This document shows positions 34,001 through 45,699 of a DNA stretch of 52,978 nt, piece by piece. The notes under the pieces are model-generated. The model searched no databases and was not told where the DNA came from. It was given only the letters and a program-made list of their open reading frames with translations. The translations under genes and the position numbers were made by a program. This stretch comes from Lenisia limosa. Its lineage: Eukaryota > Protista > Breviatea. Within the stretch, counting starts at the first letter, position 1, and each line of letters starts with the position of its first letter. The stretch lies in contig LPNZ01009472.1 of the NCBI GenBank assembly GCA_001655205.1, forward strand, positions 1-52,978, in the 5' to 3' direction.

Positions 34001-35080
34001 ACCCTTGTGTATTGTCAGCCAACAGAGTTGATTTTGGTTTTTTTTCACAAATTTTCCACTCCCCCNNNNNNNNNNNNNNNNNNNNNNNNNNNNNNNNNNN
34101 NNNNNNNNNNNNNNNNNNNNNNNNNNNNNNNNNNNNNNNNNNNNNNNNNNNNTGGAAGAGGCCATTTACTCGGCTCTTCAAGAGGCCCTCTCTGTTCTGA
34201 AGGACCAAACACAGAAAAAGGTTGGTATGGGTGATTTGCTTTTTTAATCGGATGGGTGAATATTTTCATTGTACAGATGGGAATTCTCCTTGGAGACGAA
34301 CTCGAGCTGAGACGGCAACTGGAGCAGATGGACTGGATGGAAGGCTTCCTCCGTATGCAGCAGCGCGCCCTATCACCTGTAGACTTCCTGAACTCGTGGA
34401 ATCGCCACACTCAGATGCGGGGGGAGGTGCACGCCTTCAACCACTTCAGAGCCCAAGTTGAGGTTCAACCCGACCTGAAGGTGCGATAGCGGCACACTAG
34501 ACATAGAGAGAATTACTCGATAAAATCTCGATAAATATCAATAATAATAATACTATTTTGCAAGTCTTTGGGGACCATAATTAGTATCTCTTTTGGGCCG
34601 AGTAGACCAGTTCATTTCGATTTGAGATGCTCCCTATCTTGGTATTAATGTATCCAGCTTATTGGATCTGTGGATGTGGTCACCGAGGAGCATGCAATGC
34701 AAGATGACCGTGAGCGCGAAGAACAGAGCTGGGCGCGAGGCGACGACGCCAAGTAAGATCCGGAATTTCAGGATGTTCAAAATACTGAAATAAAATAAAA
34801 TATTTTCTCGGTGTTCCTAAACAAAGTGAAATGACATGACCTCATAGGGACATGGCGCAAAGGGCGACGACAGAGTTCCGAGCCTCCCTCTTCCGCTCAG
34901 GTCCTGGCCCTGAGGATGTAGGAGGGAGGGGTATCTACAAATACAGGGGATTTACTATGTCATCATGGAGAATTTGTAACAAACCATGTAACTGTTTAGG
35001 CTCCAACTGACAGCCACTCGTCACCGTTCGTGAAAAGAACTGCTGTGGGAGGGGAGAGGGGGAACAGTGAGAATGTTTGA
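31038..35080 (+). CDS. Divergent ADP-ribosyltransferase (PARP-like) domain + two B-box zinc fingers + coiled-coil protein (multi-exon, crosses N-gaps)
   Basis: ART-like strands: VVNAWAVGNPHLTMQFEKK, NSVSEVCTRGF, GMVFPTG, YEFILCKTGVGRSY, GYNSVY, HHEYLLLDPSQVLPLYLIHF. B-box 1: CDVCNENSATLFCREDQARLCDECDEEVHSANKLVARH. B-box 2: CATHNLPVEFFCPVCQIPVCVHCKMIGSH...H. Helical region: DELELRRQLEQMDWMEGFL. The last exon or two are uncertain. Confidence 0.82.
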
Positions 35081-35309
35081 AAAATTTTTCAATTCAAGCT
35101 TTCATCTAACTTTCTAGGACTTATGGACGGATGCACTTCGTTCGCGAAGAGACAGGTCTTAAACGGGGATTAGGTTTATCTTTCTTATTTCTGCTTCATC
35201 AAAGCGGTCAATGTATGTACATTATAATAGCAAAGAGGCACCGTTACTACTTGGGTGAGCCAAAGCGTCGATCTCATGATCGTAAGAAATATAGGACCCA
35301 AGGTGCTGA

Positions 35310-38300
35310 TCAGCCTTCAACTATTTCGTCAATGGGGTATGTGGCAGGCGTCGGCGTGGACTCATCACAGGGAGTGGATGGAGACTCTTTTGAGATTGGC
35401 TCTTTATTAGCCCGGAAGATCTCGTCAATCTGGAAGTGCCCCTTAAACATGAGGGTCAACGAAAATGGTATACTAGAGCAATATAAAGGAAAAGGCATAC
35501 TTGTGGCTGCTGTGGAGGATGGTCTGAGATATGGTTGTGGGTTGTGTCAGTTTTGAAACCCCCAAGGGCAACACGGAGGTCATCGAGTGACACCTGGGGA
35601 GGGGGATAAGGTGGTTATTCTAAAACACAAAAAAGCAACAACTGATATGATAATTCCACGTTATCCAATATAATTGGAGTAACGTGTTTCATGTATGGAA
35701 AATTAATTTCGAGTCACCAAGAGAACCAAAACCAACGTTTCTATCTTCGGATATTTCTAAGAGCGCTTTCTTTGCTGCAGGTGTGTGGTCATTTCGTCGG
35801 TACCACATCCAGAGAAGAAAGCCGAAAACAATGACTATTACCCTGGGCTGGGTTAAACGCAACTATGTTCATGATTTGTATGTACTATATGACTCTCTAT
35901 GATCACATCTAAGACACACAAGGGGGGTTCAAACAGAATTCAGAACAATCCCAAATGTGAAAGGCACCTACCATTTAAACCCTCCTGGATTAAATCGATT
36001 CATTTGTTGGTGGTTCATCTTGAGCTGAAACCTTGCAAATAAGAATTATGGCAACGGGGTCATAAACTGAACAAAGGAGAAAGAGCCTACCATGTTGCTG
36101 ATGCACTGTTTTCGCTTCCAACAGATATGATAACGTAGTTGGAAGACTCTGCTGCCACCTAAGAGGTGTGTGTGTAATTGAAAAAGGGAACTTTGAAATG
36201 TTAACTGTGATAGTCTGTCAAAGAAGCTGTGGTTCACCTAGCTGTGGTTCACCTAATTCCCAACAAACAAAGTCATGATCAAGCGGCAATGTGGCCACTG
36301 ATGAGTACGACTCAAGTGGCATCACTCCAGTATCAATGATGTCAATTCCATCGTCTGAGAAAGCAACGAGGTGTCTGAAATGTCATGTGTGATGGGGGTG
36401 TGCCACTGCTCACTCTTTGTGGACATCACTATATATTACTACTATATATTATATTCTATATATCATATCATATCATATGTGTATGTACAAATATGACATG
36501 TCTATCCTAGTGGTGGACAGGTCATACCCCTTAAATGAAGACAGCGCTGATTTTGGACTCTTTTGTGGCAGTTCAGTGATCTGAATAAGTCGGCAGGGGG
36601 CTCCTAAAAATTGTCAAAAATAGTTAAACCTCAAAATAGCGTTGGAGTTTCCTGAAAAATACTCAGAGTCTCCGAGAAGAGAAGGTGGTGTGAAGCAGAC
36701 CTGATCCAATGAGCCACTCTGGGTCTGTGAAGCCCGGCCATCCGTTCTAAAACGTCAATTACGCAGGTGCGAAACCAATGCGGTACCAAAGTGGGTGGTG
36801 GGGATTTCAATGAAGTGATGATGATCCAATTATAATTGCCATTCCCCTCAAACATTCACTCCATCAGTGGGCAATGTGATGTTTCTGTCAATGAGATAAG
36901 CTGCGAGGGTCGAGTTGTACTCCGGACCTTTGTAGGTACCTCTTGAATGTGCTCGTGCAAGTTTTGGACGGGTCTACATGTTAACAAACAAGACTCTTTA
37001 CGATCTTGAATTTCGTCTCTGATTACCCCATTGAACATTGTGATAGTAAATGAGTAAATGAGTCAATCTATGTTCCCACTTTGGAACAGGTCTAAGGGTT
37101 CATTTTGGTCCCAGACCAATCGGTACAATTACAGTAGTGACACTCCGAATTCCCAAAAGGCGCCAACCAAAATACTGAAGACAAGGGTTTTAACAACGTT
37201 GCTCTCTGTTATGGAGGCAGTGGCGTGAAGAGTCTCCGGTACGAGGGGGTCAAAATGGATGGCTGTCACCTGGCCACAACGAGGCGGCTGAGAAGGAATT
37301 ACTTATGGCAGCAATCAAAACATTTCATCTTTGCACAAATGGAATACAAGTTACCTTTACATACCAGTCTACACACTAAGGGCGTAACAACAGGTTTGGA
37401 AAGATCCCATACGCCGACGCCATGATTTGGCGCAGTGCCAAGAGCAAACGCAATACTGCTCTTCTGGTCGGAAGCCAGCAGCATCACTGAGCCAGATACG
37501 CCACCGTGCTTTGGCCTTCGGAAGATGGCTTCAGACGTGACGTGGAATCTGTCATACCACTCAACTGCCACGTTGTACCTCCAGGCAAGCCTTATCAAAT
37601 AAAAAGTGATATGAATAACTTTCTTCCTTCTCAATTTCAACAAGAGTAACAAAAATCGGGATCTATCCCACCTCCAAGTCCGCAAGAAGCCCGGCCACGA
37701 GGCTCTTGTAACTGTCATATTGGAAGCCACAATTCTAGAGGTATCAGGAGCATAAGAGGGAAAAAATATGCGGTTATGTACTCTATTACCCAAGATCCTC
37801 AACAGAAAATTCGAATAATCCCCATACATGTACTATCATATACATGTACAAATAATAATAAGTGAATGTTTGTTATGCGTAAGGACACACTGTAACGCGC
37901 CGTCAGAAGTGGCGATGACGGCGAGAGGCTGCGAGTGCTGCTGTGTGAGCTAGGTCTGAAAGGAACGGTACAATATCGGATTTTATCGATGATTTATCAA
38001 AAAATTCAGTCGTGTCAGTAATGAAATACAAAGGCCTAAAGATAACTTATCAAATATGATGTCCATAAACCCTACCAACTCTGGAGAGGGACTCAATAGC
38101 AGTTACCTCCGAATTCGGCCCACTATAGTCAGTTGGAACTGGTCTGTTAGAAGTGTGGATGTCAAAGGTAGTGTAGTTATCTCAAATTCTTAGAAACAAG
38201 ATTGATCACTGTCAATAATTGCAAACATCCACAACACATTCGTGATACAATCAACATATCTCAAACCTCTCTTTCCTTGTGCTTTATTAGGAACACCTCC

Positions 38301-40498
38301 CCATTTCAAAGCACATTCAGTAAAGTCATCGGAGTGAATCTGTTCACATTAGCCTGGGCATCAAAAAACAAAATATTAAAATTAAATCACATCTGCCTTC
38401 GTGATTGTTCCATAATGAGGAAAACAGTATCTATAACAACCCTCACACAGATAAATGTTTGCAGTGTGTCATCCAGGGCTTTTGTGAGATCCAGTTTGAA
38501 GCTGAATATTCGTAATCATCTGCCGAAGAGGACAACATGTGCTTCACGTCATCTTCCCACATAGTCCACACTGGGCTACACGATGAACATGACAAACAAT
38601 AGAGCGTACCTCTTGGCAAATTGTGCTCTTGATTTAATGTCAGATAAGGATACCCGTGTTTCTTGACTGTATGCCGGAACTTCTGCCAAACCTACACAAA
38701 AAAAAACATCACAACATGGAGACAATTGAACTACATACATAAAATACCCCTTTTGCAAACCTGGGGGTGTGACCATCCGTTTAGCCTGGTGTGGCACCTA
38801 AATAGTAAACCGCAGAGAACATAGTATGCCAAAGGTGGAGGAAGTCTGAGGAGTGGTGAAGAAACAGCAAGTGGGCTGGTCAACTCGCCACTCCCTGTTC
38901 CAGATTCATAAATTAAGAATAACTCAATTTATTGCAATATTATTATGCATATCAGATAATAAAAGACAAATAAAACAAAAAATACCGTGAAAAACTTGCT
39001 AATACCTGGATTGAAGGAGCCCCCAAAATAGCAGGTCGGATAATTGTGGCTTTAGGGCAGTCCCATTCCACTATCGTTCGCTGCGAGTCTGAAAGAGTCA
39101 TTATCATACACCAATATCACAGGTATATACATCATCAACCCTGATATTAGACTCTTTCAAAACTAACCCTATTTTAGAAAAAGATCTATAATACTTACAT
39201 TTCACTGATCAGCATCAAATTTTTCCCCATACCTTTAGAAACGTAAAAGTGTGCTGTAGCGCGTAACAGACACTCTTTTGAAGCCATCCATACACTCACT
39301 TCTGAATGGAATAAGCCTGAGAACGCAAATGAATCAGCATATGAGATTGAATGTCGATCAATTATCTTACGTTCACTTTTGTGGACAACAGGGGTAGCGG
39401 AGATGACTGAGATGTCTCGACACCGCGACGGTATGGGGCATGAAATGACCTAACCAGTCAGATGGCTTTATTGGTCATAAAATCAATATTCATTAAAACT
39501 TTCCATATGTGTTACAGCCAAAGGGGGGCATGAATTGCAGTTTCGGTACTGTAGCTAGCAAGGAATCACACAATCTTCTTTCACTTTCCATTTACATTAT
39601 CCCAAAACCAACGGACCTGAACCCCGGGTGGTGGCGAGGTGTGCGCGTCGAATGTCATTGCGGACAGCGTTTTGGCCTCGAGGAACTGTGACATGTTCTT
39701 TTGGCTGAGATAGAGACTCGAATACTCCGGACCAGTGAGACTGTCAACTGACAGAAAAGAAGCCCTAGTAGGTCAAATAGGCGAAAGACCTCTGAAAACA
39801 GAACTGTTTCATATCATATCAAAAGTTTAAAGAGATAGAACATACAAATAATAATATATAATCTGATTTGTAATAAATAATCATGCCGATAATTGGCAGG
39901 GAGTCTTATGGTAATTTGTCTTTTGCAATTACCAGCTTCATACTTCAGTGGCTCTTCTGTGAGGCAAGAAAAGAGTCGGAAGACTAATGGACGAGCTGGA
40001 TGGTCATTCTTACACTATAAACAACAAATAAACCGAAACAAGAATTAAATGGCAAATTGACGTATGATATAAATAAATGAACATGAATTGTTATTATACC
40101 CTTCAACCTGAAAACTTGGCATAGGCAACCACTTCGGCGCTCCGATAAGAACACCCTTCGAAGCTGCTCAGTGTTGTTGTACTATGAACAAATGGAACTA
40201 GACCCGGGGGTTCAGTCTATCCGTTAGTACACCGAAAAGAGCCCCACCTTTTGGCTGGACGATTCGTCAAACTCTGAAGCTTCGAGCTCATCAAGGTCAA
40301 GGTCATTTTGGTACTCGCCGACGTCAAGGTCCTCAACCTGCCATGTAACAAAAGGCCAAATCGGTAAGGTGTTGGTAACCAAGTGGGAATTAAAATGAAT
40401 GATTTCGGACAAATTGGACCAACCTCAGCCAGTGCATGACAAATGATCAGGAGTAAATGCAAAAAGATGAAGGGACGTGGCACTGCAGTTATTGCCAT
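35310..40498 (-). CDS. Large hypothetical secreted / type-I membrane protein (many exons; could be two genes)
   Basis: Signal peptide MAITAVPRPFIFLHLLLIICHALAE; acidic exon VEDLDVGEYQNDLDLDELEASEFDE; many beta-rich exons (PLAVIATSDGALQCV, GVGVWDLSKP, QVTAIHFDPLVPETLHAT); TM VIVIVFGFLLWMWYRR near 35800; short cytoplasmic tail. Not every junction was resolved and the 3' end is approximate. Confidence 0.55.
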
Positions 40499-40606
40499 TT
40501 TATCTCCTTTAAACTGTTTTTTAACACAGTTAGGCTCTAATTATAATAAAAGAGGAGTAGGAGGCGCACTGATTGAGACATTTCCTTCCCATTTAACGTA
40601 ACAATT

Positions 40607-43600
40607 ATGCCAAATCCAATTCAAAACTCAATGGTTGTGTATATCTAGTTTTTCATTAACGAAGCGGTGTTTGGGTTTTGTTTTTACCACTACATCTCTC
40701 CGCGGCCGGCTTCCTTTATCAGTTTGGGCATGATTTTCACACACAGGCCTCTTCCCCGACTCTACTACTCTCTATATGTGTAAACAATAAAGCTTCAATC
40801 TAAATATATCAGAGTATCTTTCCAGTTTATCCTCTCCCACCTGTAACTATGAAACAAGGAGAAGCTGTTTTCCTCAATCAAAGGGACAACTCAACGAGAC
40901 TTCCTGTATGCTCATTGTCAGTTAATCTTATCTTTTGCAGTCAGTTACAGCAGAATGCCTTCTTGAAGACCGGTTGAAGCGCGCCGTTTTCTTTTTTACT
41001 GGGATTAATGTTGTATTTTCCCTCTTTGCCTCAGCGTTGTTTTGGTCTCTTGGTGAGCAGAAATACCTTCCTTTTAACCAAAACAACATTTAATGAAGTA
41101 GGGCTTGCGAACTTCTTCCACCTGGTCGTTGTACTGTCGGCCTCATCCATCATCATTGCGTCATGCTTTGTTGCAGTACTCTGCTTCTTCAAAGGTCCGT
41201 TGTAACAACACTCACCCAATTGCTCCCTTGAATTAACACACCAGTTGCCCCACCATCGGTACTTAATTTGCACAAGTCGGTGTTGTTTGCTCTGACTGGT
41301 GACGCCACCCCCATCACTCTGCTCCTTGTCGTGTCTGTGTCTCTCTCTTGGGCCTCGTTGATAATGCTCATGTAGGTTAATGTCAATATTGGCCTGCTTA
41401 AAGTTTAGTTCGGTTACGTCTCTCTTTGATCTGATTATGTCGTCTCTTCTTCCTGCCATCTTCTCAGCTCCCTTTGTTGTGTTCTTCCTTGTCAGGAGGA
41501 GATTCCACGCTGTTCTCTCAGCTCCATTCTCGGTTGGTAGGGTTTAAACCGCAATTTGTTAAAAAAAGTACAAAGAACTTACAAGAGTGTGCCAAGTTGG
41601 GCTTGAGATTACGTTTTAGATTGGTGACCAGGTTCACTTGATGCACATTGTCCCAGCCTCTGTGTACACAGCAGTGGTAGCTACTGCCCCAGCGTTTATT
41701 GCAGGTCAAACCGTTTCAAGGGTCTTCACTTTTGCCATTGACGGGCCCCTCAAGTTCGTCCTCAGATATACCATGTTTGTGTGGCTTTTGCAAAGTAAAG
41801 AAACCCGTTTTTAGTGCAGCGCTACTTTGGGGTCCAATGTACAACAACTATTGGGCCTTGCTAAATCCATTTGTCATCAGATCCACGTGCCTAGTGGCTC
41901 CAAGTAATTCTCCAGGAGTGAAGTTGACGCGTCATCGTATCCCCTATCTTTTGTCGGACTCTGTTGCACTTTTGTTGCCATTCTGATCCCCACCCTCTCA
42001 GTGACTGTCTTGACCAATCTCTGGAGGAACTATCTTATTATGGTGAGACTTCAAGGTTTCTCATGAAATTACAATGATTACCTAGTTTCGATGAAAAATA
42101 CCCTTGTGATTTAATGCCTCTATTTATTTGACAAGAAAATAGAGAGTGCATGTGACATTTTTTGTAAAAAGCGTTAAGTTTCATCGAAGTGAATAATGAA
42201 TTGTGTTCACCCTTTTTGGAAGTTACTGTATCACTGAAATCTTCAGCCATGGAAACAAAGTGGGACATGCCAAACAAACTCCCATCTTGTTGCGGCTTTC
42301 AAGTCGGAATCACAAATCGTTTCGGTTAGGGGGGGGGGGGGANNNNNNNNNNNNNNNNNNNNNNNNNNNNNNNNNNNNNNNNNNNNNNNNNNNNNNNNNN
42401 NNNNNNNNNNNNNNNNNNNNNNNNNNNNNNNNNNNNNNNNNNNNNNNNNNNNNNNNNNNNNNATATTGTGCTTCGTCTGTGTTTCCATAGATGGAAAGCA
42501 TATTTTTGTCTCAAAAACTCTTTAGGCATTGTCATGTTATGAACTTCTCCATCTTGCTAAGTTTTCGGAAAAAAGGCGAAAGGAGGTTTACAGTTGCGCT
42601 GATACTTGGAGTNNNNNNNNNNNNNNNNNNNNNNNNNNNNNNNNNNNNNNNNNNNNNNNAGCGTCCAATTTTCTATTGTTCTTACCCTACAGCTGTTGAG
42701 GCTCATCTCTTGGCTCCTATCGACTCCATGTGCTCAGGACTGCAAGATATCTTATCCCCAAAGCATAAGCCAGGTATGGGGGTGAGGTTGTTTTGTATGG
42801 ATATCATAGATACAAAAAATACTTCAGTGTTCTGTTAAAATTCACATATCAGTTACCCCACAATCGATTCTATTCTTCAGAAGACTCCTATCTATTTTCA
42901 GAATCAAGGTAGGGGAACTGAAATTTACTATTCGTGTCTCCTTCTTTGGCTGAACTGAAACACCGAGGGCTTATGGAAAAATTCAGAGATTTGTCGGAGC
43001 ACATGAACTCTAGATGTCGCTATTATTTGCTTGATCCTTGTAGTCTACTGTGGGGGACACAGGAGTGGACCAACACGCTGTTGAAGCTCGTGAGGCGGAG
43101 ATCTTCGGCTCTTCTACCCACGTCATTGTTTCTGCCCAAGGTTTGGGCGAAGACATAATAGAGTTATCCTACTTATTCTAAGCTCTCATTTTTTTTGATC
43201 CTATGTTGTTGGATTATTGACACGGTTAGCCCTTTCGGCACTTTTGCTGAAGTCAATTGCTGACGACAAACTTGGACACGTCATCATGTCGGGTGCCTTT
43301 TCAAAGTCCATCACTTCCTTCATTGGTGGGTGTATACTGTTGAAGCAAAAATGGCTCTGTGTTACTTCTCTTCCTCCAACGATTGTTACAACTAACATGA
43401 TGGAACCCAATTCAGCAAAGTTTCTCCCTTAGCTTTACCCTTCAGAACTCTACAGCTCGCTCAGGACCCTTGTTGTGCGAGGCTGTACCCAGACCCCTGA
43501 GGTCATTGAGGTCACGAGAGGTTTGCTGCTGATCTTATTGTGGTGTCTTCGCGCGTATTGTATCAATGATCAGAATCCTCTTGTAATATATGCATATTCA

Positions 43601-43853
43601 GGATGAGCCATTGCAATTAATTATCCAGAGCTGCATATCAGTCTGCAGAACCTTGCGGATGGGCTTCGTTTGGACCTTGACGGGGTTCCCCTTCCTCCAA
43701 CTGTCGCTACCCAATTCCAGGTAAGAAGCAATGATACACACTGTTATTACAGGTGAAACCCTTTGTCTATTGTATTTACTGGTTTCTTTATCGCAAAATT
43801 GCCTCCTGCATCAAGAGCTGACTATGTAGGCGTTCGTGGACGGCTGGGAGTAA
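40607..43853 (+). CDS. Hypothetical polytopic membrane protein with a soluble C-terminal region (multi-exon, crosses N-gaps)
   Basis: In-phase hydrophobic exons (ANFFHLVVVLSASSIIIASCFVAVLCFFK, ITLLLVVSVSLSWASLIML, LLPAIFSAPFVVFFLVRRR, LSFVGLCCTFVAILIPTLSVTVL) followed by soluble exons ending LPPTVATQFQAFVDGWE*. The start is approximate. Confidence 0.55.
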
Positions 43854-43928
43854 ATCATGGTTTATGTTAATATCATTTTTTCTTTCTGCAGAAACAATCA
43901 AATCAAAAATACATTAAATAGGGATGGA

Positions 43929-45560
43929 TTACTTGGCAGCAGGCCTGGGGATGGTTTTCGACTTAGTGGTGGTTCGTGTAGTTCTGGGCTTGGTTGCAGT
44001 GCGCATGCTCCTCTTGCCTTCCTTGATCTTAGCATTCTCTTCCTATTACGGTAACAATTACAAAGAAGTTGGCGGATACGTATCAAAGCTGTGCGTTGAG
44101 TTTGGGTGAAAGAGTACTAATCATTCTCAACGAGATGGTGTAGCATGCTCCAACCAACCACTTCTCGTCTGTAAGCCTCAATAGGAGGTTCGATACGTCT
44201 CCTTCCGTGAGACAGACAAGCAAGTTCGTCTACATCACCAACTGTAGAAGTTATTGTGGGCAACAAAATATAATATAAACACTATGAGAACGAAGTAAAC
44301 TGTCAAAAAAAGGACAGGGCCCAATAATATCCGATGCTAACGAGAGGGGTCAGCAGGGAGAGTGTTTGTAATTGAGAAGTTGCTGAGGTGACGAGCGGAA
44401 TTTGGGTTACGACGAGGGCGATCTGTGGTTCCTTCGTACTGAAATGGTAAAGGGTCTCCTCCACTGGGATAATAATGTTCATAATAAAGATAAACCATAC
44501 CTTGTCATTGGCCTCTCTAATCTCCAGGTGGTTGATGTTCTCTGGCATCATCCAGTTGCCGTTGCTGGGTCTGTAGGGGGGGGGGGTAAGATTGGACAAT
44601 TTATGAAACAAAAAAAACTCAAATCAACTCTGCTGACACCGCATCCCATCACTGTAAAATTGGAAAATTTATTAAACACGAAAAGCACAAAAGGAGGAAG
44701 TAAGGGATTGCAATAAGAGGGTACCAGGCTTACTGCTCATTATAGTTGATATAAAGAGCCATGAGATGTGAAGTATCGAAATGAAATGCCCCCATCAAAT
44801 TCCCCAAAATGCAGCCCACTTCTCAGGGTGACTCGAATCAAAATCAGCAAAATTACAGCCACTGAAGGTATGGATGGTAGCGGGGTCAATGTGTTTCCTT
44901 CTGTGTGCGCCCATATGCTTCATCCAGTCATTAGCAGGCTCGGACACGGCTAGAGGGTCCTTGCCGCATCGGCCGCGAGTGCCGTGGTGCGGTCTCTCGT
45001 CGCCTGTGGTCATGAGCTTGTTGGGTGGTGTCGAGACTGAAACTTGACACAAAAAGGATAGAATGCGATAGCAGAGTTATTCGGACAACGTGTGTTGAAT
45101 CACTGAGCAAAAAGGGACTATTATGGGAATAGTCGTGAAAAGGGGTTTCCTTATTTTTCCTTGGGGCAATATAAGCAATCCTCAAAATTGTTCCCCATTT
45201 AAGAGTACTGTATTCACTCTTTTGAATAGCACGCTGCCAAATAAAAATGCAGATGGGCTCTGAAGACCCCTCAGGTGCAAAAAGGTCACACACACAAAAG
45301 CAAGGGGTTTGACCAGCCAATGACTTACCATCAGGAAGGATGCCTGAAGCTGGCTGCAAATGGTTATTCAAATTAATAAAAAGGAACAGGTAAGAGAGAA
45401 TACTTATATGAAGAGCATCCGCCCTCGAAAAAACAAACCTTTTGTGGTTTAATCGGAATAGGCATTCTATTTTGTTTCTATTGTAGGTATAATCCAATAA
45501 TAATTGGTGTCCATGTTAAAATCTTTTTAACTGAACGTGGACGCGAAAACTACACGATCA
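43929..45560 (-). CDS. Hypothetical protein (multi-exon) with a basic C-terminal tail
   Basis: Exon-like blocks GDERPHHGTRGRCGKDPLAVSEP, PSNGNWMMPENINHLEIREANDK and a last exon EENAKIKEGKRSMRTATKPRTTRTTTKSKTIPRPAAK*. The 5' end and several junctions are unresolved. Confidence 0.4.
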
Positions 45561-45699
45561 TTTAAGCAAATCTGTCCCTTGTCTTTCCCTTTTCCTCATC
45601 CCCTTTAGCTTGATTTGTTGTTATTATTTTTATTAGGTTGCTATTAAACGGGTTGCGATCGAGTCTCACAACCTAATCTACATATTAGTGTCAAAATTT

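Noticed and set aside
42200-43853. Adaptin beta or tethering-complex subunit
   Set aside because: No diagnostic motifs were found, and the exons appear to continue from the upstream TM exons.
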